64,000 nucleotides of DNA from Cetorhinus maximus (Eukaryota). The notes below the pieces were generated by a model that did not search any database, was not told where the DNA came from, and saw nothing but the letters and a program-made list of their open reading frames with translations. The translations under genes were made by a program, and so were the position numbers. How positions within the stretch are numbered: the stretch's first letter is position 1; the number at the start of each line of letters is the position of its first letter. Of the stretch, positions 60,175 to 64,000 are shown in pieces. The stretch covers positions 97,278,001-97,342,000 of the forward strand of contig NC_135890.1 of the NCBI RefSeq assembly GCF_964194155.1, in the 5' to 3' direction.

Positions 60175-60900
60175 GGAGGATGAGGGTGAGATGAGGGTGA
60201 GGGGGGGAGGTGGATGAGGGAGGGTGAGGGGGGGAGTGGGTGAGGGGGGGAGTGGGTGAGGGGGGTGAGGGGGGGAGTGGGTGAGGGGGGGGAGTGGGTG
60301 AGGGGGGGGAGTGGGTGAGGGGGGGGAGTGGGTGAGGGGGGGAGTGGGTGAGGGGTGGTGAGTGGGTGAGGGGGTGAGTGGGGTGAGTGGGTGAGGGGGG
60401 TGAGTGGGTGAGGGGGGTAGGTAGGTAGGTGGGTGAGGGGGGGGAGTGGGTGAGGGGGGTGAGTGGGTGAGGGGGGGAGTGGGTGAGGGGTGGTGAGTGG
60501 GTGAGGGGGGGAGTGGGTGAGGGGGGTGAGTGGGTGAGGGGGTGAGTGGGTGAGGGGGTGAGTGGGTGAGGGGGTGAGTGGGTGAGGGGGGTAGGTAGGT
60601 AGGTGGGTGAGGGGGGGGAGTGGGTGAGGGGGGGGAGTGGGTGAGGGGGGGAGTGGGTGAGGGGGGGGAGTGGGTGAGGGGGGGGAGTGGGTGAGGGGGG
60701 GAGTGGGTGAGGGGGGGAGTGGGTGAGGGGGGGGAGTGGGTGAGGGGGGGAGTGGGTGAGGGGGTGAGTGGGTGAGGGGGGTGAGTGGGTGAGGGGGTGA
60801 GGGGGTGAGTGGGTGAGGGGGGTAGGTAGGTAGGTGGGTGAGGGGGGGGAGTGGGTGAGGGGGGGGAGTGGGTGAGGGGGGGAGTATGGAGGGAGGGAGG
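60175..60900 (+). repeat. G-rich tandem repeat (GAGTGGGTGAGGGGGG variants) upstream of ARPC3
   Basis: About 700 bp with essentially no C on the plus strand; dozens of G3-G8 runs. Confidence 0.92.
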
Positions 60901-61089
60901 GCAGATGGTCTCTGCATTGTGTTGTATATGGAGGGTAGGGTTATAACTGGCACAGCCTGATTATGGGCGCTGCGCTGTAGGAAGGACAGGGAAGGCATTT
61001 CGGAGAGGGCACAGGAAAGGTTCAGGTGAATGGCTCCAGGGATGAGGAACTTCAGCTCCATAGGTGGACCAGAGGTGATGGTGGAGGTG

Positions 61090-62060
61090 ATGGTGATCTG
61101 GTTGTTATCTTCTAAAATTCTCCAGGTTCTGGAACAGTCCCGGCAGATTGGAAGGTGGCAAATTGCAACCCCACTATTTAAAAAAAGGAGGGACGGAGAA
61201 AACGGGGGGATTACAGACCAGTTAGCCTAACATCAGTAATACGGAAAATGCTAGAGTCTATTATAAACTGATAACTGAAGACTTAGAAAATATCAACGGG
61301 ATTAGACAAAGTCAACATCACGTTTGACAAACCTACTGAAGTCTTTTTGAGGATGTACCTAGTAGAATAGATAAGGGAATAATAGAATTGATAAGGGAGA
61401 ACCAGTGGATGTGGTGTATTTGGATTTTCAGAAGGCTTTTGAAATAGTCCCACATAAATTCTGAGGTAATTATCCAATTGCTTTTTAAAGCCATGATTGA
61501 ATCCACCTCCATCACACTCTCAGGCAGTGCATTCCCGATCTTAAACAAAAACAGAATTACCTGGAAAAACTCAGCAGGTCTGGCAGCATCGGCGGAGAAG
61601 AAAAGAGTTGACGTTTCGAGTCCTCATGACTCTTTGTTTTGGATTTCCAGCATCCGCAGTAGTTTTTTGTTTTTATCATTCCTGATTTTAACCACTCACT
61701 CCATAAAAATGTTTTTCCTCCTGTTGCCTTTCTGTTCTTTTCCCATTCACTTTAAATCAGTCAAGTCTAGTTCTCAGCCCTTCTGCCACCAATGGGAATA
61801 GTTTCCCTATCAAGATTGTGTCTATATCCCTCATGATTTTGAACACCGCTATCAAATCTTCTCTTAGGCTTCTCTTTTCTAGAGAGAGCAACCCAGTTTC
61901 TCCAATCTGTCCATGTAACTGAAGACCCTCATCCCTGGAACCATTCTTGTAAATCTTTTCTGCACCCTCTCTAAAGCCTTCATAATTTTTATAAAGTGCA
62001 GTGCCCAGAATTTGGACACAATACTCCAGTTGAGGCTGAAGCAGAGTTTTATAGATTGAT
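61090..62060. mobile_element. Adjacent CR1 fragments (plus 61090-61460; minus 61470-62060)
   Basis: [20 protein letters not shown] (plus strand); FWALHF..ALERVQKRFTRMVPG (minus strand). Confidence 0.7.
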
Positions 62061-62129
62061 GGAAGTAGTAGTTATGATCTGAAATTGTTGAACTCAGTGT
62101 TGAGTCTGGAATGCTGTAATGATGACAAC

Positions 62130-62720
62130 AAACAACAACCTGCATTTATACAGCACCTTTAACATCCCAAGGCACTTCACAAGAGTATTATCAAACAAAA
62201 TTTCACACCGAGCCAATTGGATATAATGGGACAGATGACCAGAAACCTGGACAAAGAGTTAGGTTTTAAGAAGTGTCTTAAAGGAGGAAAGGTAGAGAGA
62301 GGCTTAAGGAGGGAATTCTAGAACTTAGGGCATATGCAACTGAAGGCACAATCATCAATGATTAAAATGGGGGCATGTGCAAGAGGCCAGAATTGGAGCC
62401 ACAGTAATGGGGAGGGGCAAGGCCATGGAGGGATTTCAAAACAAGGATAAGAATTTCAAAATTGAGGTGTTGCTGGATCAGTGAGAATAGGGGTGATAGG
62501 TGAACGCGATGTTGTGAGTTAAGATAAGGGGATGAGCTCACGTTTATGTAGTGTGGGAGGTCGTAGGTCGGCCAGGAGAGCACTGGAATAGTTAAGTTCA
62601 ATGCAGGGGTAACAAAGACAAGGATGAGAGGTTCAGTAGCAGATGAGTTAAGCACAGAATCAAGCAATGTTACAAATGTAGATGTAACTAGACTTAAAGT
62701 GATTAGGTGTATATGTGGTC
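62130..62720 (-). mobile_element. L2-clade LINE 3' fragment
   Basis: Tail CAACAACCTGCATTTATACAGCACCTTTAAC; FEILILVLKSLHGLAPP. Confidence 0.7.
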
Positions 62721-62799
62721 TTTGACCTTATGTGGTCTTTGAAGTATAGCCCCTGCTGTATTGCAGGAAACACGGCAGCCAATCTGCGCACAGCAAGCC

Positions 62800-63830
62800 C
62801 CAGAATGGCAGAGCAGGCTTGAAGGGCCAAATGGCTTATTCTTGCTCCTAATTCGTATGTTCATAGAACAAGGGCTCACAGCCTCAGGATACAGGGTAGG
62901 CCATTTAGGACTGAGATGAGGAAAAATTTCTTCACTTAGAGGGTGGTGAACCTATGGAATTCTCTACCACAGAAGGCTGTGGAGGCCAAGTCACTGAATA
63001 TATTCAAGAAGGAAATAGATAAGATTTCTAGACGCTAAAGGAGTCAAGGGGAATGGGGAGAGAGGAGTATGGTGTTGAGATAAAGGATCAGCCATGATCA
63101 TATTGAGTGGCAGAGCAGGCTCGAATGGCCGAATAACCTACTCCCGCTCCTATTTTCTATGTTTCTAAACTGTTGTTTCTCCCTATCTTCTTCCCGTTGA
63201 CAGAAAGGTCGAGAACTTGAGGGTGCTGATTTAAGGCAATTGGCAAAAGACCCAACAGCAACATGAGGGAAATCATTTTTATCCAGCAAGTGGTTAGGAT
63301 TTGGAATGCACTTCCTGAGACTGTGGTGCAAGTTGATTCAATTGTGGCTTTCAAAAGAGAATTGGATAGTTATCTGAAGAGAAAAAATACAGGGTTGTAG
63401 GGAAAAGGTTGGGGAGTGGGACTAGCTGAGTTGCTCTTGCAGAGAGTTGGCAGGGACACAATGGGCTGAATGGTCTCCTTCTATGCTGTAACCATTCTAT
63501 GATTCATAAAATCATTGCGGTCTTAACTCCACTTTCCTGCCTGTCCCCAAAACCCTTTACTCCGTTGCAGATCTAAAATCTGCCTAACTCAACGTTGAAT
63601 ATACTCAATCACCCAATCTCCACTGCTCACTGTGGAAGACAATTCCAAAGACTCATGACCCTCAGAGAAGAAATTCCTCATCATCTCTAAATCTTAAATG
63701 GGAGACCCCTTATTTTTAAACTTTGCCCCCTAGTTCTAGATTCCCCCACAAGGTGAAACATCCTCTAGAACCTTCAGCATCAACAGGTCAAGACCCCTCA
63801 GAATCTTGAATGTTTCAAATGGGTCACCTC
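62800..63830. mobile_element. Three short CR1 3'-end fragments (plus 62800-63165, plus 63190-63505, minus 63510-63830)
   Basis: Repeated RNFF/NLWNSLP-type coding remnants and GAATGGC...CCTACTCCTGCTCC tails. Confidence 0.7.
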
Positions 63831-63834
63831 TCAT

Positions 63835-64000
63835 GGGGCGGGATGGTGTAGTGGTAATGTCAGTGGACTAGTAATGCAGAGTCCCAGGCTAATGCCCAGG
63901 GAACATGGGTTTAAATTCCACCATGGCAGATGGTGGAATTTAAATTCAATTAATGAAACCTAGTCTCAGTAACAGTGACCATGAAACTATCATCGATTGT
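63835..64000 (+). mobile_element. tRNA-derived head of the same family, running off the window edge
   Basis: GGGGCGGGATGGTGTAGTGG...GGTTTAAATTCC...GGAATTTAAATTCAAT. Confidence 0.75.

Noticed and set aside
59733-61061. 442-aa Pro/His-rich ORF
   Set aside because: It is the translation of G-rich tandem repeats upstream of ARPC3. Only the ATG CCG at 59820-59825 is real coding sequence.

Overview
Vertebrate genomic DNA, very probably a cartilaginous fish (inferred from the CR1/L2/DeuSINE/Penelope repeat mix). It holds three spliced housekeeping genes. ANAPC7 (minus strand, coding exons 1-2 only; the rest probably lies left of the window) is head-to-head across a ~0.5-kb CpG-rich promoter with a complete UBE2G1-family E2 gene (plus strand, 5 coding exons, 169 aa, plus a 3'-UTR intron). 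That gene is tail-to-tail with a complete ARPC3 gene (minus strand, 7 coding exons, 178 aa). Introns and intergenic DNA are dense in transposons: a full-length but decayed 5.4-kb PIF/Harbinger element (TIRs, AAT TSD, convergent Myb/SANT and DDE genes), a 1.5-kb non-autonomous hAT element, Penelope-like elements with hammerhead-type terminal repeats, many CR1 and L2 fragments, and SINEs. The most unusual signal is a recurring CR1-group LINE family with a tRNA-like (A/B-box) head about 400 nt upstream of the endonuclease. It has no room for an ORF1, and its sense strand almost entirely lacks TTTT, which suggests a Pol III-transcribed EN-RT retrotransposon. All calls were made by eye. Repeat boundaries are approximate unless TIRs or TSDs are given.
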